NCBI GenBank assembly: GCA_002633005.1
Contig: NMRA01000479.1
Location: forward strand, 255,690-319,689
Length of the DNA: 64,000 nucleotides
Direction of reading: 5' to 3'
Source of the DNA: Phoronis australis
Lineage: Eukaryota > Animalia > Phoronida
Below are positions 1-13,148 of this stretch, in pieces. A model generated the notes under the pieces. That model was not told the DNA's origin and did not search any database. It saw only the letters and a program-made list of their open reading frames with translations. A program made the position numbers and the translations under genes. The first letter of the stretch is position 1. Every line of letters begins with the position of its first letter.

Positions 1-27
1 CAACAACCAGTGTGGGTCACTTCCACT

Positions 28-100
28 TTGAGACCACAGGTGTCTGTGTTTGAGACCACAGGTGCCTGTGTTTGAGACCACAGGTGCCTGTGTTTGAGAC
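28..100. repeat. Short tandem repeat, ~22-bp unit x~3
   Basis: tttgagaccacaggtg(t/c)ctgtg repeated. Confidence 0.85.
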
Positions 101-459
101 AGGTATTCTAGCTTTTAGTAGCTGTGAATGATATACTCACATAGAACATTTATTGAACGTAGTGCTATCCAATTTCATCTTGTGCTGATTATCTACTTGA
201 TTGCTTATTTTTCCAAAATGGTATTATAGGACATGTCTTTCTTGCTTATGACAAAAGCTGAGGATCTTACAAGAGGTTAAACAACTGTTGAAAACGTGAT
301 AACCATTTATTTCTGTCATTAAAAAGGATCAACAGGTCACTTGGAAGGGTCAGCCAACCTTTTTAAAATTGATGACTTATTTACTAACGTTTTTACCGTG
401 AGTGATCTGTTTCAGGTTGGGAGTCATTTATCATTTGCTCTCATAGAAGATTTTGAGCC

Positions 460-1720
460 TTATTACTCTGCGTGTGTAAGCGCAGAGTCCTGTTGTTCCT
501 TGGTTTTCTTCAATTTTATTCTTATTCTTCTTATTCTTATTCTTCTTATTCTTCTTCCGACCAACTTTGAGGCTTAATAACTCCAAATTGGGTGCAGGTA
601 CAGTCTTTAAATTCAGCATATGATTTTTGACAGTACATAAATTTTGATTGGTTATATAATCATATTCCATATTGCACCGGAAGAGGTCGTTTGGTGCAAA
701 GGTCATATAATTTTCAAAATGCTACTCCTTCAGTTTTAAAGCTATCGTTTTCAAATTCGGTGCACAGGTATAAGTCAACATGACAATTTAAGAAATTACT
801 TTTCTAAGTAATCGGGTCATCCAATCAGGTGAAATAGGTCAAAGGTCATTAGGTGCAAACTAAAATTTTGAGCTAGACATTTCAAATTAACAGGTCTGAT
901 TGGCACAGGAAATTCAATTCGGAATCCAAAATTTCAGGTCATTTAGTGCAAACATGGGGTCATTAGGTGCATTTTTCTTCTGAAAATTTGACCTTTTCAT
1001 TCAGCAAGTATTCTGATGTGTCAACCGTCAGACAACTGTGATTCTCAGCTTTAAACATATTTTTCATGGGCTTTGCATTAATTCTCCTAAAGATGCTTAT
1101 AATGCACCGGATAGGATCAATTAGTGCAAAGGTCATGTAACGTTTAAAATGTTATATCTCTTACGTTTTTCAAGGAATTCTTTTCAATTTCAGCACACTT
1201 GGGTAAGTCAACATGCCAATTGAATACCCTACTTTACTTCGCAATAGGCCTAACCAATCAGAAAAAATAGGTCAAAGGTCATTGAGTGCAAACTAAAATT
1301 TTGAGCTAGAGACTTCAAAATTACATATCTGTTTACTAAGTGCGACTGAGTTTGAATTCTAAATTTCCAGGTCATTTGGTGCACCCATGGGTCATTAGGT
1401 GCATTTTTCTTCTGAAAGTTTGACCAATTCACTCATCTTGTATTCTGATGTGCTTAAAGTCAGCATCTGTGATTTTTAGCATTAACTACACTTTTAATCG
1501 AGTTAACATTTACTCCCTCATCGGCGCTCATAATGCACCGGAAGAGGTCAATTATTGGAAAGGTCATCAAAAAATTAATGTATAATTTCTCCTACAATTT
1601 TAAAGAATTCTTTTTCATATTGGTAAATGGGTTGCTGTCAGTAACTTTCCATAATAATTCCAGTAATACGCAGGCGCAGAGTCCCTTATTGTCACCCCGT
1701 GACGATAATCTTTCTAGTTT
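460..1720 (+). mobile_element. Non-autonomous Helentron-type (HINE-like) element
   Basis: 5' hairpin ACTCTGCG-tgtgtaag-CGCAGAGT followed by a (TTC/TTA)n microsatellite; ~430-bp internal repeats (tgcaccgga at ~673, ~1103, ~1534); 3' subterminal CGCAGAGT, stem-loop ATTGTCAC-ccc-GTGACGAT, then CTAG and a T-run. Confidence 0.65.
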
Positions 1721-3299
1721 TGTTTTGTTGTTTATTGATTTCCAGTTTGGGTTGTGAGCAAGAAGAAATGTCCCTTCAAGATAATTTTAGTGACATCTGT
1801 TGTCATGGTAATGATGGAAATACATGTGTTGTCATGGTATTCCAGGTATAGTGATGTCTTTAAGTTGTGTGCTACTGGTGGTGCTCAGTCCTCATGTCTT
1901 TAGCAGTAAACAATGTTCCCATGCCTGCTAACAAATGGTGTGTTGACCTTGTACCTATATGTAGGGTAGAGTCACACTTCCAGTTGTGCAGTGGTTTGGT
2001 TTATTGATATACATACTTGTTCTGGTGAATGCCTGCATTCAGCTTAACAACAACTCGTGAAGTGATCATGATGAGACAGCCATGCTCAGCTAACCATCCA
2101 CCTCCAACTTATAGGATCAAGGCTTCCTTGAAACATGTCTTTGTGACGGCAGTCTCCTGTAACTTATCAAACTCCTACTAACTCCTTCCTAAGAGTCCCA
2201 CACATTCACCAGACTGCCACCCATCCCTGACTTCTCATAAATTTCTTTTTTGTCGACCATGCTTTGCTTAATGCGCACTCCTTGGTTTTCAGGACATTTA
2301 TCTGGACAAGCACAGTACTACAGAAATAAAATGAAATTGCACCTTCAATAAGTAGTGTTGTAATTTTTCCTCTCAGGCTAATATTACTTACAGTTCCTAG
2401 TGTCTTTTATTGCTCTTTAAACCTTTTCATGACTCCTACATGAGGTGTGCACACAACTGTTAGTGTAGCATGCTGTCAACAGGTGTCTATGTCACCTCAT
2501 CATGTATTGTGAAAAGTAAAATGATTGCAATGAGCTGGGAAATTTGTCATCATGAACTCTATATTACATCAACCTTCATGTGTAGTTAGCTTCCTTGACT
2601 GTGGGCTCCTGTGTACATTTCTATGTAGTGGGTTCTTGTTGTATTTATTTATCACTAGGTGTCACTGATGTTTGTAGTAGTCTAGATGTATTATTTTTGT
2701 GAATGCAAGTATGTAGATTTCATGCAGTCTAAATGGTGCTTTTTATATTTGTATATGTTGTAGATTGTAACTGTGGTTAGTGTCTATTATTGATTTGATA
2801 CCAGTTGCTTTTTGCATTATTGTGTTTCTAGTCATTTTTAATTGATTTTACATCACTGCCAGATATGGCATTCTTAGGGCCATTATTTTTTATTTATTTT
2901 TGTCATTTTAGCATTGTTGTCCTTACTCATCTATTTGACCATGCTTTCTATGTTCTTTCTGTCAATCTAAGCCATGCAGGGTTTGCTACAATTTGAGTGA
3001 AATGTTATGGTTTTATGATATTTCACATTTTCTGTGTATAAAAGGCGTATGATAGAGCATTTTGAAAGTGCAAAACCGTACAGCAAATGCTTCATATTAT
3101 ATCGAGCAATGCTTGTAGGTAGGGCGGAAATGGTCAACTTCGAAGTAAGATAAGATTAAAATGAAGTCCTTTTTTATGCCAAAAATAACAGCTACGATGT
3201 CCATTCGGACCTCAGTTTAACTGCAGAAAGCGAGAAGTGTAAACTTGTCTTAATTCACAGCTCGACATTTGCGACCAGCGTAAAATTATATCAAAACAT

Positions 3300-4100
3300 T
3301 TTGTGAAGGGAGTGTCCCAAAGCAATAGTCATTGTGTGGCGTCTGTCCGGCGTACGTTGCTTTATCTCCAAAAACTGTGGAGGTATGTTCGTGATATGTT
3401 GCTTTCATGATTGCCACGATATGAACAAACTTTTAGACGGATCCGTCTACCGGTGTATGTCCTAGTGGCAATTTTATTTTTTTTTTTACGTTTTGGAGTT
3501 CCTTAACCTGAAATTTGGTAATTTGGTGTCTATTTGGAAGACGGCGCCATATTCCCATTGATTCGACGGTTTTTGACGTCCGCCTATCTATTGGCCAGAC
3601 TTTTGGATGGACCCGAATAACGCTATGCTTCCTAGTGGCATTTTGTTTTCTTTTCCTTTTCGTCTTTATCTTTGAAGTTTCTTGACGGTTTTTTATGAAA
3701 TTTGACAAATAGGTTTCTACTAAGGAAGCGATGACGCCTTCCTGTCTTCTATTGGAATTGAATATTGTATGCGACCTAGTGGCCGTTTTTACTATTGAAG
3801 TTGAGTTTTTGATGTCTGCCTCTGTCGGCTAAAACACTCTAAGAGTCGTTATGAACATTGTTACAACAAAAATTCTCTAACTTGGGACGGGGAAAAATTA
3901 ATTACTTTGTTCAAGGTAGGGACTTGTCCCAAATTCTAGAAATAACTGAAGACGGCAAAATTGACCATGTCCGAAATTTATGTTTTTCTACTGGGAACAA
4001 CATAGCTGTCAATGATTTTTGGATGAATGGCTTCGACTACTGTGCCGCCCCTAGGACCAGTTTTGCCTTTTTCGCGCAGGGCGTTCTCCTAAACCCTCAG
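3300..4100. mobile_element. Degenerate interspersed repeat (reverse-complement relative of 43380-44500 and 48130-49850)
   Basis: Repeated cctagtggc(a/c) units; 3430-3800 resembles the reverse complement of 43850-44040. Confidence 0.55.
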
Positions 4101-5499
4101 TGAAATTTGACAAGTGTTACGTGTATGTTTATGAAAGTGCAAGTTTTGGGCGTATCTGATTACCGGGGGCATATCAACAGCGCGCTGTATGCGATGGGTC
4201 TACAGTGGTCGCATATCAGCATTGCGGTGTATTTGATGCACACGATGGACACATTTCAACGCTCCGTGTTGCTCTTGTCTAAACAGCACTCGATGTATAT
4301 TTAATGACACTCTATGTGTTCAAAGCATAGGCTTCGTGTGTTCCCTAATCCTGGATCAATTCCCACATGCTTCTTACTGTTTCCCCTGTCGAACTTCATG
4401 TTCTGTTCTGCTTCACTTACCGTCCACATGTCCATCTTATGGTGCGCTCCATTTCTTATGTGTTTCTGCATACTTAAATTCGCTAATGCTCTTATCCAGC
4501 TTTCACAAATTCATGAAATTTATGTCCTAAATTTGGCTTACAAGTTCTTCTCTAACCCCCTCTTGTTATTACGGAGAGTATCGGAGGTCGAGTGAGGCCA
4601 AATATAGCTTGTCAACCATTGTCTTGTTTGCAGCAGTGTTCCATCTCGTTAAGTTACCTCTACTGAGTTTTTACTGAGATTAGCTGACGATTCATTTACA
4701 TACTTTCATCTTTAATTACGCTACAGTCATGTCGTATATGTAGATTAGTGTCTCGTTAACTTATGTTATATTTATTGTAAGACGTTGATATTTGTAAGCT
4801 TTGTAAAGTTGTCAGTATTTTGTTGATCTATAATATATGGTATTGATCGCCGTAATTCAACATTTTTCTTGTTCGCAACCATGGAGTCACTGTCGATTTT
4901 GATGATGTCTTTCTAGTGAGAACCAGTTGAGCGTACGATAGGGACTACCCCAATGACAAAAAATGAAATCATTTTTTCACTGTTTCCTGTTGCCTGTTTC
5001 CATGCAGTTTGTCCAAAACTATTCGTACAGCGATCGTCTCTCAAATACAAACAAGAAGAGGTACAACGGCTAAATCGCAGAAAACTTTTTTTTTTGATTT
5101 AGATCACTTACTATACCCTTTATGAAACTGACATCAAATTGTTCTTCGAGCTCGGGCTCTACAAGTTCTTCTCACGGTGTTTCGTTTTATGCGCCTAACG
5201 TAGTCTCCAGGAAAGACAAACTGTCAGTTCTTTGAAAGCCCAGTTCTCAATCGAGTAAGGATCAAGTTAGCGTTTTCACGAAAGACGTCGCTCTAGTGGG
5301 CTGGCGTCTGACGTAAGTGTTTGCTTACGTAGCAAACATCTAATTGGACTAATTTTATAGCAGCGAGTGATCTGAATCAAAAGAACTCTTAAAAAAATAA
5401 TTGCAGGCGGTCTGATACACGTTGTATCAGACGTGCGCAGGCCTCGCATGTGGGCCCATTGCACTGATCACCTGGAAGTATTTTTATGCTTTATTGATA

Positions 5500-5620
5500 T
5501 AACCGAGCTGAGGAGCTAGAAACCTGGCTCAAGGGTTTAGCAGTGTGACATGGTGGGACTTGAACCCACGACCTCGAGTAAAGAAAGCGGGCACTTATCA
5601 ACCAGGCCTCACTGCCTCCT
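5500..5620 (-). mobile_element. tRNA-derived SINE head
   Basis: Minus strand: GAGGCAGTGAGGCCTGGTTGATAAG (A-box-like)...GGTCGTGGGTTCAAGTCCCACC (B-box), followed by CCCTTGAGC; no intact cloverleaf. Confidence 0.6.
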
Positions 5621-8600
5621 CCAAAAGAACTCTGGCCAGTAGCTACTTTAACATTGGTTGCTTTAAGAACCCTGGACCTTTGGTCGAATGAAATCGCCTG
5701 TCAATTTCCCATGCATTAAACTATAAATCAGATGTTTGTGCGTTCATCACTTTGGCAAATTATCACAAGTCCTCATCAGGTAACCAAAGACATGTGACCA
5801 TATAGCTTTACTCTCGTAATTCTTGCGTTTACGGAACTCAAGCCAGGTTGTCCTTGTATATTGGTTGCTCTGTTTGTGTCTTGTGTGTCCGGCGAGTAGG
5901 CCTACTGTGCGATCACAGTCCAGGCCCGTACATGACGGAAGGAAAAAGTTATTGAGGGGAGGAGTCACAAACCAATTTGACTTCGCCAACTCACCTCCTT
6001 GCTATCGTCAACTACTCCCCCAATCCNCCCCCCCCCCCCCACGTCCGCCATAGGTGGGGGCAATACCGGCGATGCAGCCATCAGGACTTGAGCAACCGTG
6101 AACCAACAAAGTTTCACGGAGAGCAAGAATGGGTCTAGGGCCAGCGAACTGACGGGTAGCTGGGAGCTGCGTGAAGTAACTATAGCTGGGTTCCAACAGT
6201 GGATTCGTACCTATTCCTCTGCTGTGGGTTGAAGGTCAAGGTTTGTTATATTATGATACAGTTTCGAGGAAAACTTTGAAGTAATTTTCTGGAAAGGTGA
6301 GGTCCCGAGGTGCCTGGTATGAGTGCTTTTGTGGCCGCCCGGGTTTCAGAATCTCTAGATGAAACATAGCGGTAGTCCCGTTTCTGGTTGCTGGGGGAAA
6401 TGATGCAGTGTGTGTCCCAAAGATGTTTTCACTTCAAGACCTGGAGTTCAAATTCAGTTCTCGTGGGTAACTGATATTCTATGCAGGCCTACTTCATGGT
6501 CACACCTTATTTTAATGTGAGTGTACTGTCCGCTTCAAAGAAACAAAGTCCGAGAAAAGTCCACTAAGGCAGGAATGTTTTAGGCTAGGTGCGCGCATGC
6601 CGTGTGTGTAGTATGCACGGGAAATGCAAGCAAACGATTCAGTTTTGAAGAACAAAAATTCAATACGCAAAACTACTGGAAACTTAAAACATCAAGGAAA
6701 TGCAAAGAGAACCGTTCCAATTTGATGACCAACGAGTTAATTTTTATTTAAGTACTTAAACTTCTTTTTCAGTCTACGGTTTGTAAACTTAAACCCAGTA
6801 ATCTAGTTCCTAAGCCAATAAACAATTTATTGCCATCTGAATTATGAGAGCATTTTGGGACACATTGTTGAGCTGTCCGAAATTCGTCAATTTCCTTGAG
6901 ACTTATTTCAGATAGATAAAACTCGTTTGTGTACTTTTATATTTTGGGATCTGATGAATTTTCCCAATGTCGGCCTGCAACTAAGTTCATTGAGGCATTT
7001 TCATGTCTTACAAGATTAGCTTCTACCTGTCAAAAATCACCTCTCAATCAGTACATTTTCATAGATACATAAACATGTAAATCAGAAACCAACAATCAAA
7101 TCCATGAGCAATGCGTTTACCTTGATTTAATGACTTAATTTCTTTTTGATCACCTGTTAGTGAGTTCAAACAACAGATCTTGTCAAAAAGCAATGCATTA
7201 ATGTCATTTGAATTGTGAGTAAATGTTTGGGAAGTGTTCAAATTTCATCAATGTCTTTGAGAGTTATTTTAGACAGGCAAAAAGCGTCCAAGTGCACTTT
7301 ACTATTTGGGGATCGGATTATAGAGTTTTTCCATATTCAGGCTTCAACTTAATTCCCTGAATCGTAATCATTTCTTAAGAGAGTATCTTGTAATTGCCAC
7401 AAATCATTTAACCTGTCGGTTTTTGTAGATACACAAACATGTCAATCAAAAACCAACGAATTTGTTGATCAAAACGGAATGTTACAAGCATTTTCCGCAG
7501 GCATGCTAACAGATTTTTGACGGGTAACCGGGAAAATGGGAGATTGGGCATAATTCACAGTATTTTTGCTCATTTCCGAGGTACCTATAACGGTTCACGA
7601 GTTGAACTTGAGCTCAAAAAGCTGCAATATATGTTTATTATTGCGAGTATTTGAGTACACACATTCGACATGTACACGGTCACCCCAATAGTAGCCTCGA
7701 CAGCAGTGTTTTTCACATGTGGGAAATCCTTACGAACAACTCAGAGTAACCATTTTCAAAAGATATACTATTCTTGTGATACTAAGGAAAGCAGCAGTAA
7801 TTTTTTCTATAACTAACCATTGGAAATAGTTCTTTTGTGTAATTAACAAATAGCGGTCTTCACGTTCTTCAAAATACTACCCATTCGATGGTGGTCAATT
7901 CTATTGTGTTTTTCACATGTTTTGGTTGTTTGGGTGGAATGTCTTGATACTTCTGGGCTGTGCACGAATGTTTTGTGTTTTTTTGATGAATTTGGAATCT
8001 CAGCTTCGCTCGTGAATACTTGGCAGTGTCGGATTTACATGTATAGAGGGACAAAGGGACTTTTCTCCGAACTGCTCCACCGAGAGAGGGTCCCGTCTGA
8101 AATGGGACACATTAATTATGAAAGGCTAAACATAATTAAGCTTGGAAAAGAGTGACAGTTTATTCCACCGCCGTGTGGTCACAAGACGGTGCAGGAAGTG
8201 GCCTTCCTCAACATGAAAGTCGGTTGCTCGATTTCACAAAAAGCAGGAAACTAAACGTAATCGAGTCCAACTTTGGGCCCGCTGCCTGTGAGTGGACACT
8301 TAAGAATTTGTCAATAAGAACATAAAAAGGGTGGCCACTTGAATGTCATCAATGGCCACCTTCAAGGGTGGAGCCCCTCAATACGAAAATATCTATATTT
8401 TGAAAAATCAAGAAATGTGCAGGCAATTTATGATATCTGTCAGATCATCAATTTTTCTCAAGTGATATATAGTTCGAGAAAAAGCGACAGTTGTCTCCGT
8501 AATACCTTCCCAGAGATGGGCCTCTGGAAAAATGCGGTTTTACAATCGCAAAATTTGACTCATTGAATTGAAAAAGACAGCAAATTAATACGCTCCGCAA

Positions 8601-9143
8601 AAAGCTTCGCTTTACATTTTGTTTCAATTTTTCGAAATATAAGCTGCGAAAGCGGAGACCCCAACAACAGTGTCCTGGCCAGGGTCCTTAAAAGGTAAAC
8701 CGTGCACTGATACAGAGTTGTTAAATGTTCTCTGGAATTTTGTCTCTTATCCGCATTTAGCAATCTTTCTTTTCTCGACTGCCCGTCCCACGCGTATGTC
8801 GGTTGCCGCGGTTTAACCCTGACGCCTGAAAAATTTTTGAGGGAGCCGTGCCCCCCGCCCCCCCCCGCTTCCTACGGCCCTGCAGTCTGATATATTGAAC
8901 CTGGCAAATGAAGTTTTTCGCCCTGCTCTCATATAACCTCCTTTATCCCATACGCGTTGAATCAGTCGAGTGCAATACGGCCATGTAATAATGTTTTCGG
9001 TCACAGACATTTAATTTCCGTATTCACCTCCCACACTACCTCAACAGTGACCTCTGACATGAAAAGTCCAAAAGGTAGGTCTATGTCGACTGGACGCCGA
9101 TAACCAGTTCGATCATCAAACTTTCTGAAAATAGTTTAAAGTA

Positions 9144-10056
9144 CACAGGCGGATTTAGAGGGGGGGGGCGCCCCTGCCAACCCCNNNNNNNNNNNNNNNN
9201 NNNNNNNNNNNNNNNNNNNNNNNNNNNNNNNNNNNNNNNNNNNNNNNNNNNNNNNNNNNNNNNNNNNNNNNNNNNNNNNNNTCAGATACAATTTCAAGTG
9301 TCAAATTCGGAACACGGCTCAATCGTATCGAAACTATGGCTAAGTATAGGCTCCATCCCGCGATATCCCAGGCGACTGGCAGTGGCGCTGCGCCCTATGA
9401 CTCCGTTTCCGTCGTCTGCTTCACTGCGCAATGAAGAAAATTACTTAATTTTTTAAAGAAAATGGAATCTTAGTGACGATGAAAAAACAGAAGCTTCTGG
9501 TAAGATGTGAATTTTAATCGAAGCCTCAGTGAATCACTCAGAAACTCATACTTCTTTCTTTGTCAAACCTTAACTTAAGACGATTTCCAAAGCAATCGCG
9601 TCATTAATGCTAACACAAAAAACGGATTTAGTCTTTTGGGCAATTGAAGACTATTTTAAATACAACAAATTTGTTACGAACTGATTGCACAAAATATAAA
9701 AAGTGTAATAAGCATTAAAAAAGTAGGTTTCGCGCGCAAACGTTGTGGACCATAAACAAGTAGGTCTCTTATTATCAATATTTGAGTGAAGGCGTGGTGG
9801 TGTAGTGGTAAAGTACGCTCGCTCTATTCGCCAGGTCGTGAGTACGAGTTTGTGATAATTGTAGAATTTCATGTTTGACACGTTCGCTGTATTTTTTTCT
9901 TGGATAATACTTCAGGAATCAAGGAAAATGCTTGATTTTTAGAGGAAAAAACAGAAAAATTTTCCTGGTCGGTGCTATGCGCATCTAATCGTCCTTTGCA
10001 CAAATGTTTTCAGGACAAAATGTTGGCCCCCTTGTGTTATCCTAGATCCGCCACTG
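9144..10056. mobile_element. Non-autonomous DNA transposon with CAGTGGCGGAT-type ends (hAT-like); spans an assembly gap
   Basis: Left end cacaggcggattt, right end gatccgccactg; 9450-10056 closely matches 38160-38818. Confidence 0.6.
9185..9281. other. Assembly gap (N run)
   Basis: Run of n characters. Confidence 0.99.
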
Positions 10057-10548
10057 AAGTAATACAATTGCAGCAGTGTAAATAACACTCAACAGGACTG
10101 TTAATTATATGACAGTTCTGTCTCAGTTTTCAATTGCTAACTACTAGGCCTATATCGTCTGCAACTCGGGTGCCGATTCCTCGGTAACTACAATATCAAA
10201 TGTTGTTATTTAACTATTTTCAGGAGATGTTACAAGTTCATTGCACAGTTACCGTTGTTTTCATCTTTGTTATCTCTTTTCAATAAATAAATCTTTACAT
10301 TTAAAACATGTTTCTTTTACAAGAGAAAACTTACGACCTGTCATGTATTGATTTTTTACCAGATGTTTATACCTGTATGACTGTTATAATCACGTGTTAC
10401 TATGACGTATGTCCTTAGCGTGTATAAATAGTTTTCTTGCATGTGTTTTAGTGACTTGGATGTCGTTTGCTTTAATGCTGATTACTTTGATAATATAATT
10501 ATATCATTCAATTGGTTTTACATTCGTCGTACACCGACGACGTTATAT

Positions 10549-10561
10549 TGGCGACGAGGAT
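10549..10561 (+). promoter_or_regulatory. Primer binding site, complementary to the tRNA-Ser(GCU) 3' end
   Basis: TGGCGACGAGGAT directly after the 5' LTR. Confidence 0.8.
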
Positions 10562-11335
10562 ATATTTTCACTGAAACTTTTTGAAGATGTCGGAAGGTGG
10601 AGATGGTCCACACATTCCGAAATTCGACTGTTTTTCTAATCCAGCCACGGTAGGGCCAAGATGGGAGAGGTGGTTGAAATCATTCGAGCTGTTTGCCTAT
10701 AGTAAAGGCCTGATAATAGAGGCAGGTTCTGACAAGAACTGCCAGAGGCGCCGAGCTCAGCTGTTACATTACGCTGGTCCCGATGTACAGGACAATTTTG
10801 GACTTTGACGGACACGGGCACAGCCAAAGATTACGACATGGCAGTCCAGAAACTGAACGCACACTTCGTTCCTCAAGTGAACACTGCTTTCGCCTGACAC
10901 TCGTTTCGTCAACTAACGAAAAAAGATGGTGAAACGACACTGCAATTCGCAACTCGTTTGCGAAAAGCAGTGAAAGAGTGTGCGTATGGGGCGGACACAG
11001 ACAACCACATCCGTTAAAAACGTGCTCGGACTACTTGAGACGGAAATTGCTTGAAGGACAGGATCTCACCCTAAGAAGGGCTATAGAAATAGCCGAAAGC
11101 TGCGAGAAGGTAGAGACGCAAATGGCATCGCTCAGCGTCAACGGACGTGACGGAGAAATAAATCGAGTTCGCACTGGCACGAGGCCTTGGAAAAATCAGA
11201 AGTCGCGGAAACCCGACAACCGCCAACTATGCTATCGCTGTGGAAAAGCTGGACGTTTTGGTCGCGATCCACGCTGCTCAGCTAGGGGTGGGTAAGACTT
11301 GCAACTAAGTGCGACGGTAAAGACCATTTCGCGTC

Positions 11336-11517
11336 CGTTGTGTTTCTATGCTGGTTTCGGACCAAAGATGAAGATCGATACGATTGTGACTAAGGCATTT
11401 ATTTATATTGAGAGTACATGAAACATCAACCGGAACAGGAAGTAGGTAACAGAGCATGCCTACTATACTAAGACACTGGTAGCGACATCTTTAGTTACTA
11501 CTGACCATAACGTAACA
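11336..11517 (-). mobile_element. Solo LTR nested in gag
   Basis: (c)GTTG...TAACA flanked by a perfect 5-bp TSD GCGTC; removing it restores GKDHFASTCKTK; AATAAA on the minus strand. Confidence 0.8.
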
Positions 11518-11579
11518 GCGTCCACTTGCAAAACAAAGGAAACGAAACCTAAAGTTAATTCTGTGGGTGAAACATCGGA

Positions 11580-12030
11580 AACCGTATTTGGTCATGATTG
11601 GCATGGACTGCCAGCCCACAGTCATGGTGAGCCGTATTTGGTATTGACATGGCCAGACTGCCAGCCCACAATCATGGTTTTGGTATTGGCATGGACTGCC
11701 AGCCCACAATCATGGTGAGCCGTATTTTGTATTGGGATGGGGTGCCAGCCCACAATCATGGTTTTGGTATTGGCATGGACTGCCAGCCACTAACAATCAT
11801 GGTGAACCGTATTTGGTATTGGCATGTACTCCCAGCCCACAATCATGGTGAGCCGTATTTGTTATTGGCATGGACTCCCAGCCCATAATCATGGTAAGCC
11901 GTATTTGGTATTGGCATGAAATGCCAGCCCACAATCATGATGAGCCGTATTTGGTATTGGCATGGACTGCCATCCGACAATCATGGTTTTGGTATTGGCA
12001 TGGACTGCCAGCCCACAATCATGGTGAACC
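11580..12030. repeat. Minisatellite (~45-bp and ~38-bp variants, ~10 copies) inside the retrotransposon
   Basis: gagccgtatttggtattggcatggactgccagcccacaatcatggt; last unit reads into the protease. Confidence 0.95.
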
Positions 12031-13148
12031 TCGGAGGGGTAAGACTAGAACTTATAGTCGATTCAGGAGCCGACAGCAAAATTATAGACGAGAAAATCTG
12101 GAACATGTTGAAGAACAAGGGCATAAAAACGCTGACAAAACCAGTTAAATCTGCAAAACGGTTATATCCGTACACGTCGAAAAATCCCTTACAGTTCCGC
12201 TGTTTTATTTCAGCCGGAAATAATTCAGCAAAATGTAAATTTCTCGTTATTCTTGGAGAAGGGACGCCTCTTCTTGAACGCAAGAGAGCTGCGAAATTGC
12301 GCGTACTACAGATTGGCATAACAGGTGAGCGAGATCAACTCGGAGTCGCTACAGAAGAAATATCCGAAATTATTTACCGGAGTTGGCCTGTTGAAGGACA
12401 GACAAATTCGTCTCCACATCAATCCCAGTGTTGAGCCCGTTGCACAGCCGTTACACGGGTGAATACCGTACATTTTGAGGGACAAAGTGGAAGAGAAAAT
12501 AAAAGAATATAAGAGAACCCGTTGACGGTCCCACTCTATGGTTAAACCCGGTATTGGTCACACCTAAGAAACCCGATGAGATTCGTTTGTGTTTGGACAT
12601 GAGACGCGCAAATGAAACAGTTTTGAGAGAGCGACACCCTATCCCTACTGTAAACGAGATCCTACAAAATATGAATGGATCTACGGTTTTCAGCGAGGTA
12701 GACATGAAGTGGGGATATCATCAAATTGAATTGTTTCCGGAATCACGTGACATAACTACATTTGCTGTCCACGCTGATTACTTTGATAATAAAATTCTTA
12801 TATCATTCAATTGATTTTATATTCGTCGCACACCGACGACGTTACACAACCTAACGCGCAAGTACATGTATATAGGATGTGATCCGCCACGTGAACAGTC
12901 CGAGTGAAGTATTTAAAAAATCTGCCGAAGAAATGAAAGAAACTTGGGTATGGGATAAATACAAACGTATCTCGATTGACGTACACGAAGTAATATACGC
13001 GGAATAATGTCTCGTGGGATATTACGGCTTAATTCATCTACGCCACTCTCGGCACGTTTTGTGTATTTATTTGCCTTCTTTATCTGCCCTGGACCGAGTT
13101 CTGAGGAGTAGGTGACGCCAGGGTTCTTGGTTTATCATTCCATATATG

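Larger units (their letters stand above)
10587..12775 (+). pseudogene. gag-pro-RT pseudogene (frameshifted; RNase H and integrase missing)
   Basis: Motifs spread over ORFs 10581, 10978, 11916 and 12554 in different frames. Confidence 0.88.
10339..12846 (+). mobile_element. Gypsy/Ty3 LTR retrotransposon, decayed and internally deleted
   Basis: 5' LTR 10339-10547; PBS at 10549; gag with knuckle CYRCGKAGRFGRDPRC; protease LIVDSGA; RT IRLCLDMRRAN...KWGYHQIEL...DITTF; abrupt jump into a partial 3' LTR (12773-12846); TSD CGACC/CAACC. Confidence 0.92.

Noticed and set aside
1846-1931. Possible terminal exon (IVMSLSCVLLVVLSPHVFSSKQCSHAC*) of an upstream gene
   Set aside because: Only a weak acceptor and a short frame; no partner exon or recognisable homology in the window
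4314-4380. Possible THAP C-terminal motif (MCSKH...PGSIPT)
   Set aside because: Too short and degenerate to support
11580-12030. Possible CRISPR-like array
   Set aside because: Head-to-tail repeats with no unique spacers, no cas genes, eukaryotic context
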